Positions 26,826 to 40,419 of a DNA stretch of 64,000 bases are shown one piece after another (the stretch's first letter is position 1; every line of letters begins with the position of its first letter). The stretch is from Lama glama (Eukaryota). Both the position numbers and the translations under genes were made by a program. The stretch spans positions 27,592,001 through 27,656,000 of the forward strand of contig CM052818.1 in the NCBI GenBank assembly GCA_028534125.1, in the 5' to 3' direction. A model generated the notes under the pieces. That model did not search any database. It was given only the letters and a program-made list of their open reading frames with translations, and was not told where the DNA came from.

Positions 26826-27090
26826 TCAATGGTTCACAATCCCAACTGCACTTTAGAATCAACTCAGAAGTTTCTTTTAAAATACTCACTCCTTGCCGCC
26901 TTCCCCTAGGCCACTGAAATTGAATTTTTGAGAGTTTAAGCTCTGACATCTGCAGTTTTTAATGTGTTCGTGCAGGTAGGTGAGCTCAGTGCCCTCCTAG
27001 CCGCCATGTTGGTCCTTCCTCCTGGCATTTGTAGTTTTTTATCAACTCTTCAGATGGTTCTGAGGCACAGGGATAGTTGACACCAACTAT
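26826..27090. mobile_element. MER5-like hAT MITE interrupted by a short L1 5'-end insertion
   Basis: 'caatggttcacaatcccaactgcactttagaatca...cagatggttctga...gttgacacca' MER5 architecture. Confidence 0.65.
26961..27021 (-). mobile_element. ~60-bp copy of the L1 5' terminus flanked by an 18-bp TSD
   Basis: Reverse complement gaggaaggaccaacatggcggctaggagggcactgagctcacctacctgcacgaacacatt resembles the L1 start at ~52181; TSD 26943-26960 / 27022-27039, 15/18 identical. Confidence 0.8.
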
Positions 27091-28699
27091 ACTACATAAA
27101 AAAAAGATTTTTTTTTTTTTTTGCTATACCAGTCCACAAACTATTTCAATAAGGCCAAAATCTTACAAGCCACTAATATTACCCTTTTCTGCCTGCTAGA
27201 AAAGTCTTAACAAACTTAATATAAAGATGCTTTGATGGGATCCTAAGAAGGCACAGGTTCATGCCAGAAACAAAAGCTAAGTCACTGAAACGATAATTTC
27301 ACTGACCAAAATTTGCATATAACACATTGAGAATACGTCTCCTAGAGATAATCCCATTGTAGTAAGTTTTAAAAATATGTATTTTTCAGATTTTAGGAGA
27401 CACAGTCTAATATTTTATCTTATTTAAGTATCATGAAGGCTAGGAATTGTACCAATATAGAATTAAGGCATTTATATAAAATTTGAAATCTTACACAATT
27501 GTCCTTTAAAAAAGAGAAGAAATACAACAGATGAAATGGTGTTCTCTTCCTCACTTTTGATCCTTTTCACTCCTTATAATACTTTCCTTTTCTACGAGTG
27601 ATTAGAATTCACAAGATTCCAACATAGAACAAATCTTTAGAAGGGGATGACACTGCTTTTTAAATAACAAAAACTAGATTAATTATTAAAGGGAAATATA
27701 AGGAAATTTACAAGGGAGACATTTCTTTTTGAAAGAAAGAAAAGGGGTAGCATATTCTGTATCCATTAGTTTCTCCTCTGGTGTAAAACAGGGGTGAGTG
27801 CTTTGACAATATTTATGTGAGCAGGATGAAATAATGGAGACAATGCTACCTGCCAAAAAGATCAAATCCATGGGAAAGAAAAATGCAAGCAGTAGGTGTG
27901 GGGGAAAAAAAGAAAGACATTAAAAATTAAAAGCCAGACAGTAAATGCAGAGAGAATTTTACATTTGAAAAGACTTTCGAACTCCAGATAGTGCTAACAA
28001 TGGAAGATACATCTAGGGAAAGCAAGGTAAGAGAAAGAGCAATCTAAAAGCAGAATGAAGAGTGAAAAAGAAAAGAAAGGTAAAGAGCAGAATTAAAATT
28101 ACTTCATCCAGTTTTACCATTTTAATAAACATAAGCCAAAGAGTAAGGTCACAGACAATTGTGTTTTTTTCTTTTTTCTTTTTTTTTCATTTCTGTCCTT
28201 TCATCAGTTCCCATCAATAAATATTTGGGCAGAGAATAAGAAAACCTTTAAAGCAAGAAGAAGAAATGGGAAGAAAGGTAAATGGCATATGTTGTTGTCA
28301 ACATTTTTAACCTCTGCTTTCAGATTTACTTTAAAATACTTGCTTCTGGCATCCTGTGTCCCAAGCTGTAATGTATTTTGATGCAGCATTCAACGGAACA
28401 CATTTTTTTGCCAGCTTTATCCTCAGCTTCTTCACTTCCACATGGCAAGGGGACCATTTGGAGTATCTTCCTTTGTGAAGGAAGGTCCGATCTAGCAAAG
28501 CTTGCTGTTGCTTTGCAGGTTGCCTTGGGAAGGGGGCAAGTGGGGAAGAGGGGAAGAGGGGTAGGTGAGGGGAAGGGTGCTGATGAAAAGAGAACAGAGG
28601 CTTCAGTAGGGACCTCATTATTCTGTAAACCAATATTAACGTAGAGTGCTGCTTTTAGATGAAATAAAATTGTTGCTAAAATAAAATGATGCTAATAAA

Positions 28700-28850
28700 T
28701 AGCATTTAGCATCATATGGGAACTTGTCAGAAATGTAAATTCTTGGACCCCATCCCAGACAGACTTAGCAATCTGATGGTAGAACCCACCAATCTGTGGT
28801 TTAACAGTCCCTTCAGGTGAGTGTAATGGATGCCAAATCTGAGAACCATT
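28700..28850. mobile_element. MER5A hAT MITE
   Basis: 'agcatcatatgggaacttgtcagaaatgtaaattcttggaccccatcccagac...aatctgtggtttaacagtcccttcaggtga...tgagaaccattg'. Confidence 0.85.
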
Positions 28851-30179
28851 GTGTTAATCCAAGCATTATGAGGCAAACTATGGATAACTAATGATGTGTT
28901 CCTAACTCCCTGGAAGCTAGTTCCAAAAAAATCATAATAATAATAACGGACTTGTAGAGGCAATTACTGAGAGTTGAATGGTAAGGCAAATGAAAATGGA
29001 GGTTCCGGGCAAGCACAACAATATAAATAAAGACCGATAGAAAAGTATTTTGCTTATTTATCAGTTTTAAATATTTATCATATACTATTTAAATGAATTT
29101 TTTAAATTATGTCCTTGAATAATTTAGTTTTGCAACTCCAAGGCCTAAAATAATTTTTCCTAGGTGTGTGGTGGTTGCTAAAGGATTAAGGGATATATCT
29201 TATGTGGCAGAAGGGCAAAGTCCAGGTAAGTCACGTCCATGTAAGTTTTACTCTCTGGACAATTTACCTGGAACTGAGAACACTTCTAAGGAAAAGACTA
29301 TCATAAGCCTGAAACACCACTGCCATGCAGGCATTATACCTCTGTTATTCTCATCTTTTGGCTTCTGTCTTTGGAAAAAAAAATTGATGGTAAAGGATTT
29401 CAGAGTATCTATTTTTAAGCCATACTAAGTAGTCAAGTGCTAAAAACACTATTCAGTCGATGCCAAGGCTGATACCAGATATCCTATCATAGTTACCGGA
29501 TTTGAGAGTAAATATTGAATTCAACCAAAAAATTACTACTACAATTTTATTATTAACAGTTCAGGAGTCAAATTCTAAACACCTGATGTAGTGCATGAGT
29601 AATCATTTCTTAGCCTTGTCAATGGCTGAAACGTTTCTGTGGTCACAGTACTGCAAATTTATGGTACTAAATAGACACTTAATTTCAACCAAAGTAAGTG
29701 GAAGAACAAGATATGTCTTGGGTATCTCATTTTTCTCTAGCACTTTCTTCTTTTCTTCACACTCTTTATATTCTTTCCTGTGCTAGATCAAAGATGATTT
29801 ATTATAGATGTTGTTGCTCAAGATTTTGAAGATTTTTTTCTTCATAAAATATTGAGATGGTAAAGTTGACATTCTGCTTTAATTCAATCTCAGATGATGT
29901 GAAAAATAATCAAATAGAAGTTTTTCTTGGAAGACCCAGGACTAATTTATACAGCTACAAAGCTACAAGACAGCAGCAGTCCGTTGTCCTCACTGATGTT
30001 CCCAAGGATGCAGAAAGTGCTAAGCACATAACAGGTGCTCAAGGATAATAATAATAATAGGTGCTCAGTGGGATAAATGGTCATTAAATGGATTTCAATA
30101 ACTACAAACTACAAACAATTCTTAAAGCTTATTTTGTTGAAGGTCATAAATACAAGTATACCAAATGATTCCACAAGTA

Positions 30180-31550
30180 TTCAAATTATGGCATATAGCC
30201 ATGAAAACTTCGAAAGAGAAGAGAATGAGAATGGCCCTCATTAAATCCAAGCATAGCCTACAGCCACAATAATTAGAGCAGTGGATAGTAGATTAGGTAG
30301 ACAGACCAGCAGAATGGAATAGAAAGTCTAAGTATAGATCCAAATACATGTAGGATTCTGATGTATGATTAAGGTTGAATCTCAAATCAATGGAAGTAAA
30401 GGTAGATATTTTAATAAATGGAGTTGGAACCTCTGGGCGGTTATCTGGCCATTCACATAGCAGGCTAAACGCCAATGGATCAAAAATGTACCAGAATGAA
30501 ACATATCAAATCCCTTTACGATCCTGGAATGGGGAAGACATTTTAACTGACTTAAAATCTACAAGCTATAAAATAAATTATAAATTCAAATGCATAGCTG
30601 CATTTAAAAGAAAACCCTCTACATGGCGAAAGACAAAACAAAACAAAGCTAGAAGATAAATAACAAAAAAGTATGTATTTACAATTCATATCAGTCATGA
30701 GTTCATCTCCCTAATATATAAAAAGTTCCTAAAAATCTACAAGAAAGGCATCAAAAATCAAAAAACAAAACAAAACAAAAAAACAAAAAACAAAAACAAA
30801 CCCAACAAAAAACCCCCAGAAAAATGGGTAAAGATATGATCAGAAGCCTTACAGGGAAAAAAGACATAAGTGATCCTTAAACATATACAAATGTGCTCAG
30901 CCTCTACCATAAAGAAATACCATTTTTCATCTACCATGTAGGCAAAAATTCAAAAATTCGACAACACATTCTGTTGATAAGGCTATAGGGTAACAGGAAC
31001 TCACATATCTTGGCCAGTGGGAACGCAAAACAGTACAACCTCTAGGGAGGGAAATTTGATAGTGCCCATAAAATGTACAAACAATGTGACCAGGCAGTCT
31101 CACTTTGGGGAACTTATCCTGTAGATACACTTGAACACATGTGAAACGTGTAAGGTCATAGCATTATCTAATTTTGAAAGTTAGGAAAAAATCCAAGTGT
31201 CTATCAAAAGAAAACCATTTAAACAAACTATGATGAAATACTATCCAACCATAAATAATGAGGAAGCTCTCTTCATGCTGATGTAGAAAGACCTCTAAGT
31301 TATATTGTTTAGTAAAGAAGGAAAGCATGAAAAAGTGTTTACAGCGTGCTACCCTTTGACTAAGGAATTAGGGAAGATAAGTACATATTTGCATTTGCTA
31401 ATATCTGCAATAAGAAATACTGAAAGATATCAGGGTTAAAAAATGGGCTAAACAGGAACAGAAGTAAAGTGACATCACAAAGTACACCTTTAAACATAGT
31501 TTAATTTGAATCACGGACATATTCTTTTTATTTAAATAACTGGAAGCAAT
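30180..31550 (+). mobile_element. Ancient L1M ORF2 3' region plus 3' UTR, with (CAAAA)n at ~30760-30800
   Basis: 'tagacagaccagcagaatggaatagaaagtc', 'atggatcaaaa', 'aaatccaagtgtctatcaaaagaaaaccatttaaacaaactatga' in L1 order. Confidence 0.75.
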
Positions 31551-31769
31551 AAAAAAGAATTGTGACATAATCTAATCTACATAATTCTGCTTCATACTAT
31601 TATTTAAATGTTTTTGGACATCTGTTGGCTCAAAATGGCTACAGTGTCTTTTGTTAAAGTTATCCTTCTAATACACTCTCTTTAATACATCTTCACCGTG
31701 ATTTTCTCAGTTTCAACTTTAAAACAAAAGCCCTTTCATAATCTTTATTACGATTGTAGTGTTTACTCT

Positions 31770-32920
31770 TTTAAAGGTTACCAATGACCCCTATGACCCA
31801 TGCCTCAGTCCTTAGCTTACTTGACTTGTCAATAGCATTTGGCAGAATTGAACACCTTTCTCCTTGAAACTCTTTCTTCATTAAGTTTCCAGCATACACT
31901 CCCTTTGTTTTCTTCTTAATTCACTAGCTGTTCCTCATGTTCTCCTTTGGTTCCACCTCTCCCGCCCAACCTCACAATGCTGGGACACCTATGCACCTTT
32001 TGTGATCTCACTGGGTCTCACAGCTTTAAATTCCCATCATATGCCAATGACTCCCAAACTTAAAACTGCAGCTGACCTGTCTTCTGATTTTTAGATGTAT
32101 ATTTCTTGCAACCTAACTAAAGTCTCCAGCTGGGTATCTGACATCTCATATTTAAGATACCCAAACTGACCACTTAATCTTCCTTCCCAACCTGGTCACC
32201 CACAGCCTTCCTCATTTTAATTGATGAGGAGGTACCGATGTGACTTCTCTCTTTTAAATCCCATCATTTACTGTTGGGAAATTCAGGCAAATCCACTCAT
32301 CTGCTTGTCACCAAGTTCACTATGACTCATTTAAGCCACCAACATATCTGACCTGTGTGACAATCATCTCCTAACTGGATCTCCTACAGTCTCATGTCAA
32401 CACAGCACCCATTTAACACCTAAATCAGATCGTGTCATTCCTCTGCTCAAAATCTCCAATGGTTCCCCATCTCACTCAGAAGCTGTAGTCATTCAAACCT
32501 TCTGCAAGACCCCATACAACCTGGCTTTCCATTATTCATCTAACTTCATCTCCCATTACTCTTCTCTCATTTCTCAGGCCAGTTGCTCTGACCCTGCACA
32601 CTCCAGATATCCTCTTGGCTAACTCCCTCTCCTTTAAGTCTTTCCACAGATGTCACCTTCTCAATGAAATGTATACTAACAATTCTATTTAAAACTGCAG
32701 CATACGCCTCAACTCCAGTGTTTCAAACATCTTTCACCTTGTTCACTTTTTTCTAAACTACTTATTGACTTTTATATAATTTTTTTGTTATATTTATTGT
32801 AAATTCTCTGTCTCCCTTCTCTGTAATGTAAGCTCCATGAGGGAAGGAATATTATCTGCAAGCATGTCAAACATTGCCTGCTGTATGGTAAGTGCTCAAT
32901 GCAAATATTTGTTAAATGAA
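31770..32920 (+). mobile_element. L2 LINE 3' portion
   Basis: 'ttacttgacttgtcaatagcatttggca', 'atcagatcgtgtcattcctctgctcaaaatctccaatggttcccc', terminal 'gtaagctccatgagggaagg...gtgctcaatgcaaatatttgttaaatgaa'. Confidence 0.9.
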
Positions 32921-33119
32921 AATATAAATTCATTTTAAGAATAGAGCAGAAAGGCACCCTGTTTGGAAAGAGGAGAGTCAGTTATTAAACAGGAGAAGTC
33001 ATTATTTGTTGTCAAATTTAATTAACCTGCAAAACTAATATTGAAGGAGCAAGTCTGGGAAATTTTTAAATTGAGTTTTAAAATAGTATTTCAAAAGAAA
33101 ATAGGTAGATATTTTTTAG

Positions 33120-33360
33120 CAGCTTTCTATGGGTAGACATTTAGGTTATCTATAGTTAAACAATGTTTCTATTTTAATCTTTATTCATATGTCTTCTATA
33201 TATGGAAGCATGTTTCTAGAATGAATTACTAGTAATGAATTCACTTGGTCAAAAAGCAGATACATTATAAATTTTGAAACATATTGCCAAATTGCATTTG
33301 ATAAGTGTACAACAATTTATACTCACATAATCAGGGTATAAACATGTCTGTATATCATGA
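33120..33360 (-). mobile_element. Ancient L1 fragment
   Basis: 'gtagacatttaggttatctatagtt', 'atattgccaaattgc...acaatttatactc'. Confidence 0.6.
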
Positions 33361-33544
33361 ATTTTCTATAATATCTTCTTTATTATTACAATAAAATACA
33401 TGCACATAAAAACATGTCATTTTAATTACTGTCAGTTTTACAAAATATTTCAATAAAGTATAATCACAACGCCCAAAAAGAAAGTGAAAGATAACTGACT
33501 TAATTAATAAATGAATTAGTAACTAGATAGATTAATGGAGGAAT

Positions 33545-33580
33545 GGATGGACACATTGGATGGATGGATGGATGGATGGA
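33545..33580. repeat. (TGGA)n microsatellite
   Basis: Direct reading. Confidence 0.9.
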
Positions 33581-34409
33581 TATTGAGTGAGTAGATACCT
33601 GGCAAGAAGTGTTAAATATGTGAGAAGAGTAAATGCGGAAACAAGGTTACCTGGTTTCAAGGCAACACCAGGAAAATAACTCAGGTTTGATAGTTAAAAA
33701 AATACTCATCCAGGGAAACAATTGGAAATTGTGTTTTGTTTCTCTTCTAATTAATTTGAAGAGAATAAAATGAAGTAGAGTGTGGGAAGCATCAGTAAAA
33801 GTGCTTTTTGAAAACACTCATGACAGCTTGAATAAAACAAGTGTCTGTGCTAAGCTGACTGGGAATAATGATGATGGTAAAGTTTTTGAAATTAAATTGT
33901 AAACTATATTCTAATTTTCCAACTCATAGCATAGTTAGTGCCTCAAAGATGCAGAATAACTTGGAATATGAGAGCATGAAAAACAATGTCTAACCTTTAG
34001 CATAGTGAACTCTAAGAGGAAGTTTCCATAGACATCAGGGATGATGTTTTCAAGTCCATAATTTATTCCAGAGCACAGCAGAACCCTCTAATACTAACTG
34101 ATCACCCCCACCTGCACATCTCAGATTCCTTCTCCTTCCCAGAAGATCTGACCCGCAGCCTAGAGTTCTGACCGCATACGACCTTCCTGAGGATGCATGA
34201 CAATATAAAATCCTCTTTGTTTCTGTTGTCTCTGTAAAAGCCCTAATTCTTTCTCTTCCTAATCAACGTCAATAATCTGAGGTTATTAAACAGGACTTTC
34301 TTGAGTCCCTTAAACAGTATAGCTCTTCAGAGAATTATGACACAGTATTTCTTATGCATTCACTAGGACAGTTTCATAGAATGATGCCTGGCTGGTTAAG
34401 GCAGGTAGG

Positions 34410-34560
34410 GATAAAAAGAACATGTGTTTTGAAGTCAGAGAGACTTGAGTTTGGATATGGACTCTGCTATTGCTGGCTGGATGACCTTGATATCTCTCAA
34501 CTTCTAGTTCTTTATCTTTAAATGGAAATTATAATACTTAACATTGATGAGTTGTAGATT
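34410..34560 (+). mobile_element. MIR SINE
   Basis: 'tttgaagtcagagagacttgagtttgga...ctctgcta...gaccttga...tctttaaatggaaattataatac'. Confidence 0.7.
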
Positions 34561-36279
34561 AAGCCAGCCTGGAGAAACGCCAATTACCACACATTACAGC
34601 CATACCTTTTAGAATAACGGTCTTCAAGAAAAAACACAAAGGGGAAGATCTATGGGCCTGTGCAATTTGCCTTTGTATATTGATTACTGATTTGGGGATC
34701 TGAGTAATTTGTAATTTATTTATTCTAAGAAATTTAATGGCCAAGGAAGCAAAGTACTTATATCAGTTGTTGCATATGCAGAGAGCACTTAGGTGTTCTT
34801 TCACTGATAAAGAAGTGCAGGGCATCTTCTAAATTTATGAAACATCTGTTAAAGCAGCTGGTTCTTCATTAAATAAAAATAAAAATGTACCACTTTTCCT
34901 TGGCAATGCTGATAAATGGGAACAGGTGATGATCCCAGATGAGATTATGATTATAAATGAACCTATTGAAATTTTTTGGTATTCTTATAGAGGCATCAAA
35001 ATAAAAATATATGAGAAATGAAAATAGACTTCATCGAGCCCTTGAAATACACTGGGGAGCACAGGAGAATGGCTGATTCTCATGCTCCACTCAACCTAGA
35101 CTCCACATTCCAAATGGGAATTCAACAGGATCAAAACTGATTCTCTTTCTGCTGGACTCCCTAAATCCACCACTTAAAATTTCCCAGTTAGTAACAACAG
35201 AATAATTTCTGAGATTCAGATTCTATTCATAGCTACACCTAAGGAAAAGGCAACATTCCCTGAAAGTCATGTTGAACAGTCTGCCTTAAACAAGTGGAGA
35301 CCATGCAATACTTTAGGATATTTTATCCCCATAACATCTCCAGGAGATAAGAAGGATTATGCTAATTTAACAGATGACAGATTAATTGACTTGTAGCCAT
35401 ACTAAGTGTTTTGACCCAAATGATCATATTTAGTCAAAAACTCGAGATTCAACCTCCAACTTCACATCTGTCAATGCCTTTTCATTAAAAAGGTACATTA
35501 GAAATAGGAAAACAAGTCAGGTTGGGAATGAAGTTGGGAATGAAACAGCTGGGAGACGACCTCCTGCTTTGTTCCTTATTTCTCACCTTACCCAAGTGAC
35601 CAATGAACTTTTCGAAAGCAAACCACTCTCTGCGCAGATTCCCACCATAATCATGGAACCCAAAAATCCCAAACTCCCAGAGGGTAAAGCAAGGTCAAGA
35701 GAAGTGACAACACTCTCATTGTGAGCCTGACTCAAGAGAGTTGCTTTTAGAATTTAGGAGCGAGACACGCTCAAGTGTTACGAGTTGCTGTGATGATGCA
35801 TAATTAGATGGTGATTTAACACAGAGCTAAAAAAAAAAGTGACAGTAATCATGGTGGGGGGAGGAATAAAATGCCAATGAAAGCAGTTAAATGAGCCGAA
35901 GTGCCTGGCATTTTTGTGATGTGTGTCTGTTAGTAATTTGTCAGACTGGAACAATAGAGGTAATTTCACAAATAACAGGGGTCCATAAATTCACGACAGC
36001 ACTCACTGGTATTTAAGACTGAAGAAAAGGAATTGTATTCGGCTTATCAACTTAAGGATATAGTTACGGGACTTAGGCCTAGGGTACACCTTAGAAAGTG
36101 AAATGGAGAACTGATCGTTAATCAGGAGAGTTCAAAGCTGTACAAATCCGACTTCTGGTGACTTCCAGAGTAGACAGCTGCTATGAGAAAAATTTCACAA
36201 AATTAAGAAAAGGTTAATAATGGTGTTTCAAGGGTAGGACAGAAAGACTGTTTTCCATCACCTCTGGAATATTATTTGG

Positions 36280-36720
36280 CTGCCACATTCCTCTCCGTTT
36301 TCACCTGCCACCCCTTACAGGCGACCAAAGTTTTAGCCATGGGAGGCCACACACATTCCCCCGGTAAGCTTATCTTTTCCATGCCTGTGCATGTGATTCT
36401 TCCTAAAGGAAATATCCTTTTTCTTTCTTCTGTTCAGGTGGCAATTCCTTCCTTAATGTTAAATTCTAAATGACACTTCCCTCAAGGGACTCCACTGACT
36501 TGTCTCCACAACCCCTAGAATGCTTCTGTGCTGCTGTCCTGTGTTCCATTCCACCCCACCACATTTCTCACTCCACTGTGTAATGACTGGCTGGCATATC
36601 TTCCGTTCATTCGAACTGGGAGTTCCACAGGGGCAATGACTGCATTTCTCTGCTACCCACTCCTTCCCAGAGACATCATGGATATTCAACAAATGCTGAT
36701 GAATGAACAAATGAATAAAT
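36280..36720 (+). mobile_element. L2 3' end
   Basis: Ends 'gatattcaacaaatgctgatgaatgaacaaatgaataaat'. Confidence 0.7.
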
Positions 36721-37254
36721 AGTAGAATTAAAACATCAACAGTCAGAAAGATGCATATTGAACCTCCTCTCCTCCCACCATTATCATTCTCTTCTCCGTT
36801 CCTATGAAAGTCACATAATAGGAGAATCTGTAAGTTTCTCCTAATTCTAAGCATTGTTTCTAATTCCAGGGAAAATTTCAAACAAAAAAAAAAATCTAAG
36901 AGAATATTGACTCAAAATTTCCCTGCAACTTCTGTGAATGAAAAATAACAGAGTGAGAGAATCATATAAAATATGACTTATTTAAATCTGGCATTTGAAA
37001 AGATTCAGATTATACTTCATGATAAAACGAGAATAGCAAAGTAGTCCTAGCTAGTGGTTCTCCTTTTTTTATGTTATTCAGCTGTTATTTCAGTATATCA
37101 GACGTGTCTAATTAGGAGTTGTTATAATTGAGAAAAAAAAAATCCCAAATGGCTTAAAACACATAAAAATGTGAGACTTCTACTGTTCTATTTTTCTAAA
37201 CTACAAGACTTTTTTATTTCTTTGCTAATTTGAAAACCTTGGTGGCTTCCCAGT

Positions 37255-37654
37255 TGAAACCTGAAACAGGCCTCCATACGTAGAGGACATGGAGATATGA
37301 AAGAAAGAGCCAAACCACTCCAGATTGGTGGCTGGTGGTATTCATAAGCAAGAAAACGTACATATGAGGATTGTCTTGGGTGACCTCAAGCTGAGTAGAT
37401 CCCTGAACCCACCCACCAGAATCTCAAAAGTTTACAGAGCGGCCTTAACTGCGTTCAGTCACGTACAGTGTCCAGATGGTCTCAACAACACATTACTCTC
37501 TCAAGGCTGCATCCTTGAAAACAACTCCCACTGTGGGAATGGTGGGCAGAAAGTAGATTCTAAGGACTGGGGAGAAGGTGAGGAGCCTCCAGTTGCCCAG
37601 GTCCAGCACAGAGATTAACTGGTGGTCATGTCCTCTCAATGACCTCCTCCAACA
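37255..37654 (-). mobile_element. ERV1-class solo LTR (~400 bp)
   Basis: TG...CA termini (minus strand starts tgttggaggaggtcattgagagg); flanks cagt / cact form a 4-bp TSD with one mismatch; GC-richer than its surroundings. Confidence 0.7.
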
Positions 37655-39047
37655 CACTTTAACTTCAGTTTTCCTGTGCACCAACACCACCTTGATTTTA
37701 TCAAAGAAAACATAATGCGACAGAAACATGGGCAGCACATATAATTAAAAATCAAAATACAAAACGATATAACTAAACTTCTTGCCTTTTAAAAAGTCAT
37801 CAAATAGTGGGTTTACTTGAAAAGGAAAGGATATCTTATTGTACTACTATTAGAGGAAGTACAATTTATCAGTATGAGCCCATAAAGAAAGATAAACAAT
37901 CCCACACTGATGCAAAATGATTATGCAAATAGAAAAGCTTTCAAAATTATTGCCTAAAATCTTTCAGCACAGGATATTTGGCTTTTCCCCTTTGCCTAAG
38001 TCATCTACACTCAAGCAACTATGCTCCAATTTTTTCCGTCTTAGTCATAACCAATTTATCTTTTCATTTTCCTCCTTAAGTATCATCATAATCTTTATAC
38101 TCATTTAACCCCAGTGGGACAACGGAATGATTACCCAAGTGAACCAAGTTTGGGATCAAAGAAATTATTTAACATCTCCTGAAGCCGTGAGTAAGATTTT
38201 AGAGGGTGAGGTGAGGGAGGGTCAGATTATTCGAACAAGGGGCTGAAGCCCTAGGGGTTCCTTACATGCACAGTAGTAAGTACATAAAATCCATAGTCTT
38301 ACAGAACAAACTGACAATTTCTTGGTGTGGTAAAATGCATTATACCACATTTACTATAACCAACTGTTTTTTTTTTTTTTAAACAGGGATGGAGATCTAC
38401 AGAAGGGAAATTATAATGTAGGAAAATAAAATGTTTTACGTGCCATAACCCAGAAAGTATGACTTACCCCAGACTTCAGTACACAAGATAAGTACTTTAT
38501 AGCATTAAGACAAGTACTAAGGCAAAGTCTTGGTACTTTATAGTACTAAGGAAAGTACTATGGGTGCTTATGTTCCACTCAAAACAACATCAGGCAAACA
38601 TTAGCAAACCAGCATTAGCCTGTGGAGAGTGAATTGGTTTTTTTTTTTTTTTTTTTTTGCTTTTCCAAGAAGCATATCACGGACACCTGCTATAGAATAT
38701 GCCCACAGTCCTCTAATTTCTCTCACTGCGTTCCATTCATATGGTCCTCACCGGAGCTGCCATGCCCTTACTTGGCCATGTGGGGTGGCCCGAGGACAGT
38801 CACCTGAGCAAGCTGGGCCAGTGAGTGCAGTCCCTTGGATGTTTGGACTTGGAACCTGAGAAAGAGCCAAAGCACTCTCTCTTCAGGAGACAGAAACTGC
38901 CAGTACTGTGTTTTTATCCATGCAGGAAAAACTGTCAATGATTCTTAGAGAGATTAATCAACATGAAACATACAAAGAGACATTCCTTAGTTGGAAATCT
39001 AATCTTAGTTGTCTCAGATCTAAAGACAACAAAAGTGGCCTTCTTTT

Positions 39048-39497
39048 TTTGTTTTTTCACTTGAAGTATATAGTCAATTTACAATGTTGTGTTAATTAAT
39101 TTCTAGTGTGCAGCATAGTGATTCAGTTATACACATATATATATATTCCTTTTCATATTCTTTTTCATTATAGGTTATTACAAGGTATTGAATATAGTTC
39201 CCTGTGCTATACAGTAGGGCCTTGTTTACCTATTTTATATATGGTGGTTCATATCTACAAATCCAAACTCCCAATTTATCCCCCTACCCCGTGTAACCAT
39301 AAGTCACAAGTGTTCAAGTCTGTGATTCTGTTTCTGTTTTGTAAATGAGTTCATCTGTGTTCTTTTTTTGTTTTTTTTTTTAGATTACACATATAAGTGA
39401 CATCATATGGTATTTTTCTTTCTCTTTCTGGCTCACTTCACTTAATATTGACGATCTCCAGGTACATCCATGTTGCTGCAAATGACATTATTTCATT
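39048..39497 (-). mobile_element. 5'-truncated L1 3' UTR with perfect 17-bp TSD
   Basis: TSD aaaagtggccttctttt at 39031-39047 and 39498-39514; 'tttacaatgttgtgtta...gcatagtgattcagttatac...atagttccctgtgctatacagtagg'. Confidence 0.95.
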
Positions 39498-39519
39498 AAA
39501 AGTGGCCTTCTTTTGGCAT

Positions 39520-40000
39520 CATTCCGTTCCTTAGTGACTAACACCCCACTCATCCAGTAGTAGTAGTCAGGAACCCAGGAGCTCCGTGAACTTTCTTTAT
39601 TCTCATTTTCTGTGTCCAATCCAATTACAAGCCCAGTTGATCATAAATTATGATATTTGGAATCAAATTACATCTCCATTGCTACCACTCTGATTCAAGC
39701 AACAGTCTATCTCTCCTTGACTTCAACAGTAACCTCCTAACTAGTCTCCCTCAACCAATATGCAAAATTGAACCCCACACTCGTTTTATTCACCACACAT
39801 GGCCAGAGTGAGCTTTTAAAATATACATCTGAAATCAGGGGACTTTCTGTCTCCACCTTACCACCATATCTAAAATACCGTAGCGACACCACCATATCTA
39901 AAATACCAATCAAGGTAAAGAAAATTTGTTAATGCAACCTACAAAGTGCTAATTTTCTGAACCCTACCTCCCTATTAGCATCATCTTGCACAGCAACTTC
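39520..40000 (+). mobile_element. L2 fragment
   Basis: 'acagtaacctcctaactagtctccc...ccagagtgagcttttaaaatatacatctga'. Confidence 0.7.
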
Positions 40001-40419
40001 TTACGGCCCAAACCTACAGATACCAGGGAAAGCCCTTCTATCAATCAGGTTTTCCACATGTGGTGATTCTGGTTTTTGAGCTTTCTAGTCCCCTTTGTTT
40101 CAAGGAATTACTTAGCCTGACCAGCACCCCTGACTATAAAAGGTACTCTGTCAGTCCTGGTAACAAGTGGATCAGCCACATAGCTAGCTCTTCTGTTAGG
40201 GGCCATCCCCAAAGCATAGAAAATATTGTACAGCTGCTTGACAGCTACTTGGCTCTGTTTAAATGTAATTCTAAATCCAGGGTTTTCAAAAGTGTTATTA
40301 GTGCCAGTGGTTTCTTTTAAAAAATTAACTTATAAAACCTCTAGAAGACACCACAAATTGAGCAAAGCAAATAATTTTCTGCAGGAGAAGAGACTTTAGA
40401 CTAAATGCTGATAATTTCC

